Assembly: GCF_006345805.1 (NCBI RefSeq)
Contig: NC_042997.1
Location: forward strand, 68,262,001 to 68,326,000
DNA length: 64,000 bases
Source: Octopus sinensis
Taxonomy: Eukaryota
Direction of reading: 5' to 3'
The stretch's first letter is position 1; each line of letters opens with the position of its first letter. Positions 43,858 to 56,789 of this stretch are shown here, piece by piece. The notes below the pieces were generated by a model that worked only from the letters and a program-made list of their open reading frames with translations, had not been told where the DNA came from and did not search any database. Made by a program: the position numbers and the translations under genes.

Positions 43858-44693
43858 CTAGCTTAAAGTGACCCGCTCTACGCGCGAGTAAGAGTGTGGT
43901 TGTTACTTTCTGTTGCTTCCTTTCTGTTTTTTATCACCACATTCTCCCTCTTTGTTTCTCTCTCCTTTCTCCTTTCTCTTACTTTCTCTACCTATCTCTC
44001 TTCCATTTATAAACAAGAAAAGATCTTGAGTAAGTTGAGGAAAAAATATTTTGAAAGATCAATCATAAATATCAGGCAGTGACAACGGAAAGGTCTGCTT
44101 CAAGGCAGACAGCAAAACACTAACATTTAAAAGGGACAGACGAACTTGCGAGCTGAATAAAAATAAAAAAAAAATATTGGAAACCAAAGTTTGAAGTGAT
44201 AGAATCTGAGGATAGTAGAGTCACCATGGCTGGCATTTCTTAACGACGGACAGCAACGTAGTGGCAGTTTAACGTCTTGTGTAAAATTTTGATCTTGATG
44301 TAAAAGAAAATTCCTAAACACCAAGTTTTGAAGATATTCTTTCTCACGGCAGTAAACTCACCATGGCAAGCATTCAAAACTTCTTCATCATGGACGGCAA
44401 CACATTGACGATTTAAAGGCTGGAGCAAATTTTTTTGTTTGATGTAACAGAAAATTCCTAAACACCCGCTCCTATAAATTTTAATCCCCTTCCAGCCCCA
44501 TTTAGATCCCTTTTCACATTTTGGTTAATATAACCCGATTTCATTCGGGTTACTCGGGACACATTTTATGAGATGAGGAAATTTTTTCCTAGAGGTCACG
44601 CCTCTCATTTGAGGAAAGAAATAGTTGCCATGCAAACTCGCTAGCACTTTTAACATAGGTGTGCATATTTTCAGCTCAACCGACCAAATAATG

Positions 44694-44773
<80 letters not shown>

Positions 44774-44978
44774 CGCATTAAATATACATATGTACATATA
44801 TACGTATTATATATATATATATTATATATGTGTGTGTGTACGTATTATATATATATATACAGATTGTATATATATATATATATCAATTAACCCACTAAAT
44901 ATCTGATTCATAATATCTGTTCTCGTGATTGTGTGGTGGTGGTGGCGATGATAATTCTCTCTATGAATGCAGACAGAC

Positions 44979-45019
<41 letters not shown>

Positions 45020-45510
45020 ATAGGTGAAAGAGTGAGAGCGCTGGCGAAGGGGGTGGGAGAAAGATAGTAGACGCTGTCAAACGTCGTTATAGAGAGAAAG
45101 TGAAAGGAGGGAGGAAAGAGAGAGAGAGAGAGAGAGAGAGAGGATATAGGTGAAAGAGTGAGAGCGCTGGCGAAGGGGGTGGGAGAAAGATAGTAGACGC
45201 TGTCAAACGTCGTTATAGAGAGAAAGTGAAAGGAGGGAGGAAAGAGAGAGAGAGAGAGAGAGAGACGGAGGAAGACCGGCAGATAAGAGAATGAGAGAAG
45301 CGAGAAAGACTTGTCAAAGTGTGGAGTTTTTTGCACTAGTAACCACAGCTTTTGAGATAGGGATTTCTAACCTAGCCCACTCACAACCACACCTCATTTT
45401 ACATGTCCCTGTCAATTTTGGAGTGAATCCGACGGCATCTAGTGCCCTTTAACCCGTTACAATGCCAAAACCAGACAAACAAACAAACTTTCTCATTTTA
45501 GATTTATCGA
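43858..45510 (-). mobile_element. Non-autonomous Helitron-like element
   Basis: A|CTAG at 43857-43861 with an imperfect GC hairpin at 43871-43889. The opposite end reads A|TCGATAAATCTAAAATGAGAAAGTTTGTTTGTTTGTC, similar to the start of the 35701-36710 element. Confidence 0.6.
45016..45265. repeat. Exact tandem duplication, 126-bp period, bounded by (GA)n
   Basis: GGATATAGGTGAAAG...GGAGGGAGGAAA starts at both 45016 and 45142. Confidence 0.95.
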
Positions 45511-45971
45511 TATTGATATTTGAAGTGCTTTACAGTGTTTATATTAATTTTGTTTCGATGTTTCTTTGATTTACTAGTCGGAGAGAAAGTGTCATGGGTA
45601 ATACATATCAAGGCATTTATGGATAGTTTCATATGATTAAGTGGCGTTCCATTTAAGATTCAAAATTTGAGGTCTTTGTAAAACAGACTGGATTTTGATT
45701 CATGAATGAATCAACATAACAAACAAACCCCTGTTGATATATGCATAATACCAGTTTATAATCAATCTTTGTTGAATGCTAGCTTTAAAATTAAGTGTTT
45801 AGTTTGGGTCGCCACGTAGATACATCTAAAGTTACATTGCAGTTAGTTTCCATAAAGACTCTCATTTGTCAACTACTGTCATGTACCATTTCAAATTGTT
45901 CGGATTTGCATAAAGGGATACTTACTATCTACTGAATCACAGTATATATCTATATGCAGTTGTTTTGTTTT

Positions 45972-46090
45972 GGCTCTGAAGAAGATAGCTTTGAGGTAGT
46001 AGTTCCGCATAGTTTCAGTTGATCAATCGATCGATCGAGGAGATTGAACCAGGAACGCACTCAAACGAATATCTGAAACAACTGTAAGTC
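45972..46090 (+). ncRNA. Type-I hammerhead motif with extended stem II
   Basis: GGCT-CTGAAGA-AGATA..TTTGAG...CTCAAA..TATCT-GAAA-CAACTG-TA-AGTC. All core positions are canonical and AATAAA lies just downstream. Confidence 0.7.
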
Positions 46091-47456
46091 TATAATAAAT
46101 AAATGTATACAACTCATTAGTTTTTGTCTATTCTGTGTTTCACTCTATAAAAGTATACCATTTTAACTGGGTTATAGAACCAACTATGGATTTACGATTT
46201 TTACTGGTGATGGACTTTGATTTGGATTACCTGGAGTACAATGCCGATCACAAGACTTTTGGTTAGCCTGGTTTATTTTATCTGCAGAGAGTTTAAGAAG
46301 TATTTCGCCCGGATTACAAATATCTTTGTGTTTTGTATGTATGTATATATATATATATATAACCTTATAACCTTTACTCTTGTTATAAACCTTTACCACA
46401 TGCTAATCAGTTTCTTTAAGATCATGAGTTCAAGTTTAATTTTTACCAAATGAATTCATACAAAACTGAAAACGTTGATATTTAAATATAATCACCTTTA
46501 AAAAGGACCATCCATGGAAAGTATTTTGCAAAGTGCTCTGCTGCAGTATCATTTCCAAGTATACATTAATGTTCGATTCGAGAGAGAACGGATTTAGGCA
46601 TCCAAGTATTCTCGTGAAAACAATTTTCCTAAATAGCTAGCGAGATGCCGAAAATAGAAGTTTCATAGCAAAGAACGAAGAAAATAATTTTTAAAAACAG
46701 TTTCATTCCACATTGCTTGCAGTGTATGTAACTTTTGAAAGATATCTTTGAACATGAAGGCACGAAATGAAATTTTTGTGGATGTGGCGGCTGGCCTCCA
46801 ACTAGAGAAAGATAAAAGAAACCGTGGGAGAAAACGATAAATATTGAGAAAGAAAAAAATAATTTAGATACACTTTAGAGATAAAATACATTCAAAGTTT
46901 AAAATTGCTGAAGCAATTTGGTTAGAAAAAAAGAGTTTTGGCAATCCAGTGATTCAAGGGGGAGGTGGGGAATCACATTTTTTCTTGTCCAAAAGTGTCA
47001 TGGATATGTATGGAAAACATATTTTAAAATAAAAACATCGAAATGCTTTACGTCTGATAAAATACGAAGACCATTGTCAACGGATTGCAAATAATTTCGA
47101 TCTAGTTATATTTTTCTACAATAATTTTCAATTCCATTTCGATTTTGTTGGGTAGCCATCAGGGTAAAACATTTGCTGCTGTGTTTTGTTCTGTTTGCAA
47201 GGCTTTCATATGGTAACCTTACATATTTTCGGAAAACTATAGTTTCATCCCTCTTATTAATTTTTATGTTATATTCAGTTAGCAAACATTTCAAATATAC
47301 TTAAGTTTTTTATTAGATGCTTCAGATTTTTGAATCACTTCTCTGAGGTTCACGTTATCGATTATTCGTGTGATTGAAGCAGGAAAACAGTTTCTATCTA
47401 TCTACCTACTACCTACCTACCTACCTACCTACCTACCTACCTACCTACCTACCTAC

Positions 47457-47539
<83 letters not shown>

Positions 47540-47555
47540 GCTATCAATCTTAAGG

Positions 47556-47871
47556 TGAAGGTGTATCGTAGTAGTTAGGATATTCGGCTCCTGATTCTAA
47601 GGTCGTGAGCTCAATTCCAATTGGCGCGTTGTATCCTTGAGCAAGGTACTTTATTTCGCCATTACCCCAGTCTACTCAGCTGGCAAAAATGAGTAGCATC
47701 TGTATTTAAAAGATCCAGCCTAGTCACACTCTGTGTCACGCCGAATCTCCTTCAAAACTATGTTAAAGGAGCGCGTGTCTGTGGGGTGTCCACTTGAATG
47801 TTAATTTCATAAGCAAGCTGTTCCGTTGATCGGATCGACTGGAACACTCGTCATCGAGACTGTCGAAGTGC

Positions 47872-47872
<1 letters not shown>
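47556..47872 (+). mobile_element. SINE family 3 between (TATC)n arrays
   Basis: Reverse-complement homolog of 1686-1996. Confidence 0.85.
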
Positions 47873-47956
<84 letters not shown>

Positions 47957-47960
47957 AACC

Positions 47961-48000
<40 letters not shown>

Positions 48001-48429
48001 AGCCAGCCTGCCTGCCTGCCTGCCTGTCTGTCTGTCTGTCTACCTTGCAACCAAAAACGAGAAAAAAGTAGAAAAATGCCGAAATACCAGATGTTAACTA
48101 TGATCAATAAAAGTAAATAAAAATCACAATTAAGATTGATATGAAGTGTCGCGAGGCTTGAAAATAGTCCCCCAGCATAGCTATTGTCCAATAAATGAGG
48201 TAAAAAAAATAAAGAATGCAAATATGTACTGGTGAATTTAATGAAGCGTGATAAATAAGTACTTAGCGCATCGATCCAGGTGGAATAAAAAGACAATGTA
48301 AACTTCTACGAAATTCGAACATAAAGCCTAGTAACAAATGTAGGAAAATGGTTTTTCCGACGCTCTACTGGTTCTATGAAATAACTTGATGGCGGTAATT
48401 GGATTAATTAGCAAGAAAATAACATTTCT

Positions 48430-48550
48430 AGTAGTCGTAGTCGTAGTAATAGCAGCCACCGCAGCATCAGCGGCATCAGCGGCAGCTGTAGCAGCGGCAG
48501 CAGCAGCAGCAGCAGCAGCGACAGCAATAGCAGCGTAAGCAGTAGCAGTG
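48430..48550. repeat. Degenerate (GCA/GTA)n trinucleotide tract
   Basis: Direct inspection. Confidence 0.85.
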
Positions 48551-48933
48551 AACCGGAGGAAAGAGCAGGGTGTCGGGAAAAATGACTTATAGTAAATGCT
48601 TCATCAGATTTGAAATATGACTCAGATCAATTTTCGCCCTTATGTGTGTGTGTGTGTACACACACACACACGCACACACACACACACACATACATACATA
48701 CATACATACATACATACATACAAACACACATACATACATACATACATACATACATACATACATACACACATACATACATACATACATACAAACACACATA
48801 CATACATACATACATACATACATACATACAAACACACATACATACATACAAACACACATACATACATACATACATACATACATACATACATACAAACACA
48901 CATACACATATACATACATACATACATACATAC

Positions 48934-49043
48934 AAAAATACCCTCTTGTTGATGTTGGAATTCCAATGGAGGATCGTAGGATCTAGGTTAGAAACCGACC
49001 CTTTCTCTATTGGCAAGAAATCTTGAAAGAAAACGGAATAGTG
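48934..49043 (+). mobile_element. Short element embedded in (TACA)n, probably the 3' end of a non-LTR retrotransposon
   Basis: Second copy at 20862-20920. Both end at a polyA-signal-like GAAA(T/G)AAAA about 10 nt before (TACA)n. Confidence 0.6.
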
Positions 49044-49193
49044 ACATACATACATACATTCATACATACATATTTTTTTATTAAAACGTTTCGGCCCTTG
49101 AGTTAATCACGTTTTGAGATCTAACTTTCCTGTTTCCATCACCAAACCTGTACAAAAATGCGCGCGCGACTGATTATTTCAGTCAGTGAATGA

Positions 49194-49247
<54 letters not shown>

Positions 49248-49582
49248 TGTGTGCGGGCGCTCAGCACATCGGAAATCAGAATTGAATGTAAATTTAAACT
49301 TCATAAAGCTTCACTGTAAGCTTCACTTTATAAAGCTTCAGTGAATCAAAAGAGCTGAAATAAACACAAACGTGATAAAGACCGAGTGTATGTCGTATAA
49401 TAACGTAAGCACTTTCGTTCTGTACTATCGATATGCGGAAGGAAAAAGGTCGAGTATTTTGACACACTATTTCACAGTATTTTTATCGCTCCTCAGAGAA
49501 GACTTCAAGGTTCTTTTCAAATCAATAGCTCGATCAGTTGCATATGAAATACTCAAAAATACGTTCATGGATACACAGCCAT

Positions 49583-49890
49583 TGCACTCTGTCTGTTATG
49601 ACAACGAGAGTTCCGGTTGACCCAATCAACGGAACAGCCTGCTCATGAAATTAACATGCAAGTGGCTGAACACTCCACATATACGTGTATTCGCGACGTA
49701 GTTCTCAGGAAGATTTAACATGACACAGAATATAACAAGGTTGGCCCTTTGAAATTCAGGTACAACTAAGTTTTGCCAGCTGAGTGGACTGGAGTAATGA
49801 GAAATATTTTCTTGCTCAAGAACACAACGCGCCGCCGGGAATCGAACTCCAATCTTTAGAATCCCCGTGAGTCGAATACTCTAACCTTTA
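49583..49890 (-). mobile_element. SINE family 3
   Basis: Homolog of 1686-1996. Confidence 0.85.
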
Positions 49891-50029
49891 TGTCATGCAC
49901 CACTGCACACACACGCATGCTCACACGCACACAGAAACAAACATATATACACGAACACGTCTACACACATAAAAAACACATACACACGTTTATATATGTA
50001 ACTTAAATTCTTCTGACCACCAAAAGTAT

Positions 50030-50240
50030 ATGGGAAGCTGTCAGCATTGGGCAAAATGCTTAGCAGTATTTCTTCCGGCTCTTTACGTTCTAAACTCAAA
50101 GACTGTCAGGATCGACCTTGTCTTCCATTTTCTTCGGATCGATAAAATAAAGTAAAAGTCAAGAACTGGTAGGTGGGGAGGATGTAATCGACATTCCCCT
50201 CCCCTCAAAACTAGTGACCTTTTGCCAACATTAGAAGAAT
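50030..50240 (+). mobile_element. SINE family 2, diverged
   Basis: AAATGCTTAGCAGTATTTC...GATCGATAAAATAAAGTA...GATGTAATCGAC. Confidence 0.7.
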
Positions 50241-51877
50241 TATATTATTGGTATTGTTATTTTTTGTGACTTAGATGTATGTCGTTAGTGCTTTAATTCA
50301 GCGCAGTCACTTTCTTCATTCTCAGTTTATCTAGCATTAGAAATAAGATTTTCTGGCGAGTAAATAGAGAAAGGTCGACATGACTTATCTCACGTTGATG
50401 GCTACTGCCGATAACGGAGGTCAAGCATCTAACATTCCTTATCGTCTCTATATTTATCCTGTTGCTATATATATTTACAGAAAAGTCTACGATAACATCC
50501 TCCTAGTCGATGAATTCATAGATGTGCTATTAAGAAGTATATTTGGCACCTATATGTTTTTCAATATACTTTACCCCCACTGCGCGCAGTCTGAGACTGT
50601 AGAGCATGTCCTTGTTTTGCTCACTACGTGCATCCTGAAGAATTGAATCTAACCGACAGACTGCCTTGTTTGTGAAATTTGGTAGCCAGAGTAACTGTTT
50701 CTCTTCTTGGGTGCTAGACTTAATCCGTTAACCGGTTTACGTCTAGTAACTGGCATTTAGCTACCTTCAGCGGAACCTGCATTTTTGCAAGGTCAGATCC
50801 TCGGACTGTAGACTGTGTCCCTGGTTTTGTCACCAGTCTCAGAGATCTTGAAAAGGGTCATTTGCCTTGTCCTTGCTACTTTCGCTAAGTTGTTGGTAAC
50901 GACTGTAAGAACCTGATTTAAATATTGTAAAATTGTAAGGAGAAATGACCATGATTTAAACTTTATGTACCTTGGTTCTCTTCAGAGTAATACAACCTAA
51001 ATTTTAATTGTAGTGAAATACGGTGTATTATAAAAGAAATAAAAGTGACGTAATACGGAAACGAAAAGACATTGGCCCGAATATTTATTCCTTGCTAATT
51101 AATTAAGTTGAGTTATATTGGTTTATATTGATTATACATAATGTCCAGTTGCTTTTCTGGTATTTGTTGTTGATGTTGTTTTGTTTAACCCCAGACTAAC
51201 CCTCAGTGTCAATAGTTTTACAGCTATCATCAACTCGTTTTTGTTTTCAGGCATCACATATTTAATATCGTTGTTTTAGGTTTCATCTTTTTTAGAACGG
51301 TGAAGAGACAGGAAGCCTCAGTAGTTGATTTACGCTAAATATATTCCAGCTTTGCTGTTGCTATATATCTCCGGTCTGGTTAACGAAGATCGAGCAAATC
51401 TGGGATGAACGATATATGATCAAATGCGTTCCAATAGTGCCTGTATATCAGAAACAACATTGCCAAAACGTTCGTTCTTTCTAAGGTGCCTGAGAAAAGA
51501 TTGGCTGCTGTATCTAGGAGGTCGACGCACACCTCTTCTGCTTCCATATACCGGGATTTGTTCAAGAAACTGACCTTATATATCGGGACGTGTTCAAGAT
51601 ACTCCAAACGAAATGAAGTTTTCAGATTTTCTTTAATGATCAACTGAGTTACAGGATGTTTGAATATGCTACGAGAATTGTCTTTGTTATACCCTTCATT
51701 TGATCATAGATCATAGATCTACTTGTTTAAATGTTTAACTTCATCGTTTCACAGTGTGAAGTGTCATATTCTCTGCTGTTTAGTTTTCGCTAACTTCCAG
51801 TGTACAAATTAAATCCTAAAATTATAGTTGAATAAATTCTTGTCACCTACTGCTCAAATTGTATTGATCTTAATGAA

Positions 51878-51901
51878 TCTCTCTCTTCCTCTCTTCCCCA
51901 C

Positions 51902-51936
<35 letters not shown>

Positions 51937-52038
51937 CTCTCTCTCTCTCTCGCTCTTTTTTACCCTTTCTCTCAATTAATTTGCCTTTTTACTGTATTTA
52001 AATTAATTGTGCTTCTTTTTTCAATTTTGCAGGTAAGC
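51878..52038 (+). promoter_or_regulatory. Long polypyrimidine tract ending in a juxtaposed 3'/5' splice site (CAG|GTAAGC)
   Basis: ...TGCTTCTTTTTTCAATTTTGCAG (AG at 52031-52032) is immediately followed by GTAAGC. Confidence 0.5.
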
Positions 52039-52443
52039 ATACTTTAAGCACCAATCACGGACAATTTCATTTTCGTCGTTGCTGATTTGATGCTGGATAT
52101 AGGTATGGCAGTTTCATATTTAAGGTTTTTATCATGTTGAAAAGTTTAATACGTAGTAATGAGTCTCTGAGAGCGAGCGTGAGAGTGAATGAGTAAGTGA
52201 GAGAGAAAAGATTTGGAAGATGTATATAATTAAGAGACAAAATCTCTATTAAGTAATTCAATTAATAGTGAAAGATATTATCTATAATAAATCATATAGA
52301 AAGAATTTGAATTTATTATAATAAATATTATTCTAAAAAATCACTAAATTAAATAAACATTAAATTGACTACGCACGTTTCGTGACTATATATTTAAATC
52401 GATAATATTAAAAGTTAATATTAATTCGATTATATATATATAT

Positions 52444-52675
52444 ATACTAATAAAAAGGGCTCAGCAAAGAATTGCCTCACCACACACCGAAGTTCAGAAA
52501 TAGCAGCCAAAAATCTTAGCCATTTCTTCTACTTTAAAAAGGGTCTTCCAGAGAAACCAAAATACTTTAAAAAGACCCTTTTTAAAGTAGAAGAAATGGC
52601 TAAGATTTTTGGCTGCTATTTCTGAACTTCGGTGTGTGGTGAGGCAATTCTTTGCTGAACCCTTTTTATTAGTAT
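52444..52675. repeat. 104-bp inverted repeat (1 mismatch) with 24-nt loop, in (TA)n
   Basis: 52444-52547 pairs with 52572-52675. An unpaired extension runs to ~52772, followed by (TA)n. Confidence 0.95.
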
Positions 52676-53261
52676 TACTAAAAATTTACCGTGTAACGGT
52701 CCTGTTTTCATACCGAATTCTACTTGGAGAAATTTATTGATTACTTTTTAATTAATTAATTTTACCCTTTGTTATATATATATGGATATACTGTATGTGT
52801 GAAGGATATCTTGAAGGATGTATTGAAATGTAAGTTAAGATACGTAAATCATATATTTTGTTATTAAGTATACAGTTTAGCACGGTTGTGAGTACTAAAC
52901 AAAAATATTATGCCACAGATTTTCTATCGTTCCTGGGGCAGAAAAGAGGAAACAGTTTGATAAATTAGTATCTTTTTTCATCTTCCCTAAGGACAGGATA
53001 CTCCACAAGAGATTATTAGCTTATATCTATATACAATTCATACAAATTCGGGCAGAGCTAAACTGGTTTATCTGAATTGCATACAATGCTTGCGGTGACA
53101 AGTTAATAGTCTTTCTGCTATGCAAAGTAGACAGACTGGTTAGATCTGTCTGAGTTTGCATACACTATAAATATATTGTAAATTAACATTTTCGTGAACA
53201 GAAGAGAGAAATCATTCCACTGATCAAAATCTAACATGACGCTAAAATCTGTGGTGACTTT

Positions 53262-53409
53262 ACGTGGCTGTGTGGTAAGAAGCTTGCTTCTCAACCACAT
53301 GATTCCGGGTTCTGTCCCGGTGTCTTGGGCAAGTGTCTTCTACTATAGCCTCGGGCCGACCAAATCCTTGTGAATAGATTTCGTAGACAGAAACTGAAAG
53401 AAGCCCGTC

Positions 53410-53412
<3 letters not shown>
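53262..53412 (+). mobile_element. SINE family 1, 5' half
   Basis: GTGGCTGTGTGGTAAGAAGCTTGC...GAAAGAAGCCCGTCG followed by (TA)n. Confidence 0.85.
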
Positions 53413-53462
<50 letters not shown>

Positions 53463-53468
<6 letters not shown>

Positions 53469-54089
53469 CAGGTATAAGCCTGAGCTTGTAATCTGGATAG
53501 GGTAACTGCAGATTTTTCAGTAGTTCAGCATAGGTATTCTCTTTTTCATTGAACAACCGCCGGGCAGCTTATTTCCACAACTGCGCACAGTTTCTCTTCT
53601 CTATCCCAAATCATTATATAAGGTCTGTTGTACTTAGATTTTATTGAGGTCTTCACTGGGACATTCCACCAGAACTCCTTTTTATTATGAGTGGCTATGG
53701 CTTCTACCATACTGTGGGTTCTTATTTCTTTGTCCTTGGGGTTATCCTTCCAACAGATTTCATTATAGAGTGTCCCAGCCACATTATCATCTCCCATCGG
53801 TAGATTTTACCGTGATGACATTTTCGGACAATTGCTTATGATGTGGGTGATATTTTCATTGTTAACTCCACAAAGTCTGCATTGATTGTCACATTTTACT
53901 GTGTTTCTTTTCTGCATATCTATCCCATTTGTGCATCAGATATTTGGTTGATATTTTCTGTTCAATAATATACCCATGCATAATATTTTGCTCATATAGG
54001 TTCACTCTTTCATCTGATAACACGTTGCAGTAGAGTCGTGCGACTCCTTTGGACATGTATTCTAGGTTATCAGACAAGGAATGTTGCTC

Positions 54090-54090
<1 letters not shown>
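53463..54090 (-). pseudogene. C-terminal fragment of an RLE-type non-LTR retrotransposon (R4/Dong-like): CCHC knuckle plus restriction-like endonuclease
   Basis: Minus strand gives IMHGY, EQKISTKYL, CRLCGVNNENITHIISNCP (53881-53825), DDNVA (RHD-like), FWWN, NRPYIMIWD (RPD-like), VVEISCPA, EKENTY and LIPVII. Confidence 0.8.
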
Positions 54091-54120
<30 letters not shown>

Positions 54121-55069
54121 TGTATGTATGTATAAAACTCAAGTAAACAACATGCAGAAAGATATACGCATCCATAAACAGGATGTGTATAGTAAGAAAA
54201 ATTTTTACCGTTATAAATAGACACATCCGCGATCCCAAATTGCAACACTCAAGCTCTACACTATACACAAATCAGAAAATACATGATGGGGTCAACAACA
54301 AACAATCTGACCTTTCATACATATAGTACTCCGTTCACTTGTTGATTGAAAAAGGTTTCAAAGGGTTGTTAACTTTCAAGTTGATGTTTATTTTTACTGC
54401 ATTGAATGCATTTATTATTTACATGGATACAGTGTCATAAAATAAACGATTACGTGTTCAAAAAAGAAATGTACGATTGTTGTATAGATTACTATAACCT
54501 ACACTTTGTGAAAATAAAATGTTTTCATCAATACAGCAACATATTATATCAGTAATATAGCATAATGGTAGAACCTGATAATATAGAAAATAATTGGATT
54601 TTTTTTCATGATCTTGAAAGAAAATTATTTAAAAAAATAAGCTATAAAAATATCTCAAAGCTTTTCATGATTAAATAGCTTCATTAACATAAAGAAAGAT
54701 TTTCAAAAAAATAGCTAAAAAATTTTAATTTAAGTGTATTTAGGAAAAATAAAACTAAAATAATTACCTAACAAAACAACAAAAATAATTTTTAATAAAA
54801 ATGTATCAATAAAAATTTAAGCATGCAGCAGGGCCAGTTATCCAACGTAGTTTTTGAAACGTAAAAGTGAAGGCTACGAAAGTACATTATTTGTCAGTTA
54901 GTTTTAAAGGTTAATGAAAATATATATGTTAAAAAATTACCACTTGAGCGTTGATAAAAACCTCAATGTAAAAAAGAAAATTCTAAAGAAATAACTGTCT
55001 ATTAATTATTCTATATACCATGGTTAAATATGTTATTTCTCCATTCGCCTGATGCTTCAAATAACACTT

Positions 55070-55302
55070 AACACTTCGCTTGTCCTGTGTATCCTGTATT
55101 ATACACAAAATATATTTCCTGGTGCCCATGCATCATATATAATTCGCATTCCTAATTTTTTCAACCACGAGAATATCTTGGCACTTATGAAAGGAACGTT
55201 TTATATTACTGAGCACGTTTGAAACAAGCTCTAAGAGTCTGAATACAAGCATAGACGCGTGAGGCAAACTTATGAAAATGCTTTTGACATTTAAAGGGTT
55301 AA
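55070..55302. mobile_element. MITE-like repeat with TTAA-type ends; related copy at ~62635-62815
   Basis: TTAACACTT...AAAGGGTTAA. The segment AGTCTGAA.ACAA.C.T.GACGC...CAAAC.TATGAAAATG.TTT.GAC is shared with 62750-62805. Confidence 0.5.
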
Positions 55303-56494
55303 ACGAGGAAAATAATTAATTTTTTTTATCCAGATAAAGTCTTTAGAAATATTTCTAAATGTTAAATTTATTATTTGATAATCGAAGGGTCATTGCCTAG
55401 TGGTATGGTAACAGTGCATATAACATTTTATTAGAATTTGAAGTACAGATTTTAGGTCATATGGGATAAAAATAAGATTTGACATAATAAACTATCTTAC
55501 AGCACTCCGGAAGCAATTAAACATTTATGCGAAAATAGATAAATTGAGATCTATTCAACTAATATTGCCGTAAATTCACAAATTTACGTATCACACTATA
55601 GTAATTATTTGTTTTTGAAATCTGTTACAAACATAAAACATTACAAAATCTGCTAATTTATTATTAATTTGTGTTAGTCACTTAAACGCATCAAAAATAA
55701 ACTAGCTTTTCGCTAAGAATACAAACTTTCAATTGAATATAATGTTATTTGTGTCTAGAAATATGCTAATATGGATTCGATAAATTTAGTTGGCCTACCG
55801 AGTAAATTAATTAATAGGTCGACAGACTGCGACCCTTTTTGTGTAAATGGTTTTCGAAATTTTCCAGCTCAATGGGAATTGTTTCTATTTGAACACATTT
55901 TGACTGTAGTTAGGGAGCTTTACCTTAAAAATTTTTAAAGGAAAAACTGTGAGATACCATCCAGATCTGACAATGCTTCAATTTGTAAAGGTAGTCAAAA
56001 CTGAGTTGGATGCAAAATTTATATAAATTGTTTTATTACTAACAGAATTGCTATTAAACTCTTTTACATCATCTAAAATGAAAACAGATTAAAGAAATTA
56101 AAAACCTTTATCAAAATCTTCAAGCATTAAGTGATTATCATGAAATACTTGCATAGCAATATTTTTACAACTTAACCTAGATTTAATATATTTAGAGTAT
56201 TTCGGAATTTAGAATATGTATTTCATGATTAAAATTATCACGACGTTTCAATTTTCAAAATACCAAAATAACCGTTGTCGAAACTTTGCAGTACGAAATT
56301 TTCTTACGAATTTTGTGCAAATTTTCTGTCCTTTTATGGAATTTTCATGCGGCGAGTGACCAAAATTGCGATACATAGAACAAAACTATTATAAGGGACC
56401 CGATTCTGTCATACAATCATTTATTTGCTCCACTCTTTTAACTACTACTAAGACTAGCAAAACCTTCGGCTCTGTTGTCTTACTATGCTGACAC

Positions 56495-56680
56495 TGCGTC
56501 GGTTGATCCGATCCGTGGAACAACCTGCTCGTGAAATTAGCGTGCAAGTGGCTGAACACTCTACAGACACACGTACTCTTAACATAGTTTTCAGGGAGAT
56601 TTAGCTTAGTACAGAGTGTGACAAGGCTGACCTTTTGAAAAACAGGTACTACTCATTTTTACCATCGGAGTGGGCCGTCG
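56495..56680 (-). mobile_element. SINE family 3, 3' part
   Basis: Homolog of 1720-1880. Confidence 0.8.
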
Positions 56681-56789
56681 ACTATACACTCATACAAAAT
56701 ATTCAGCACCACCTTAAGAAGCCGCGTAAACTGCTTGACAAGCTTATCATTTGGTGTGCAAAGATAACACATCCAAGGCATGCAGTATC

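Noticed and set aside
48430-48550. polyQ/polyA coding exon
   Set aside because: No clear splice sites or non-repetitive coding context.
49080-49106. Minus-strand GGCCGAAACGTT as a hammerhead
   Set aside because: No CUGANGA core or stem II partner nearby.
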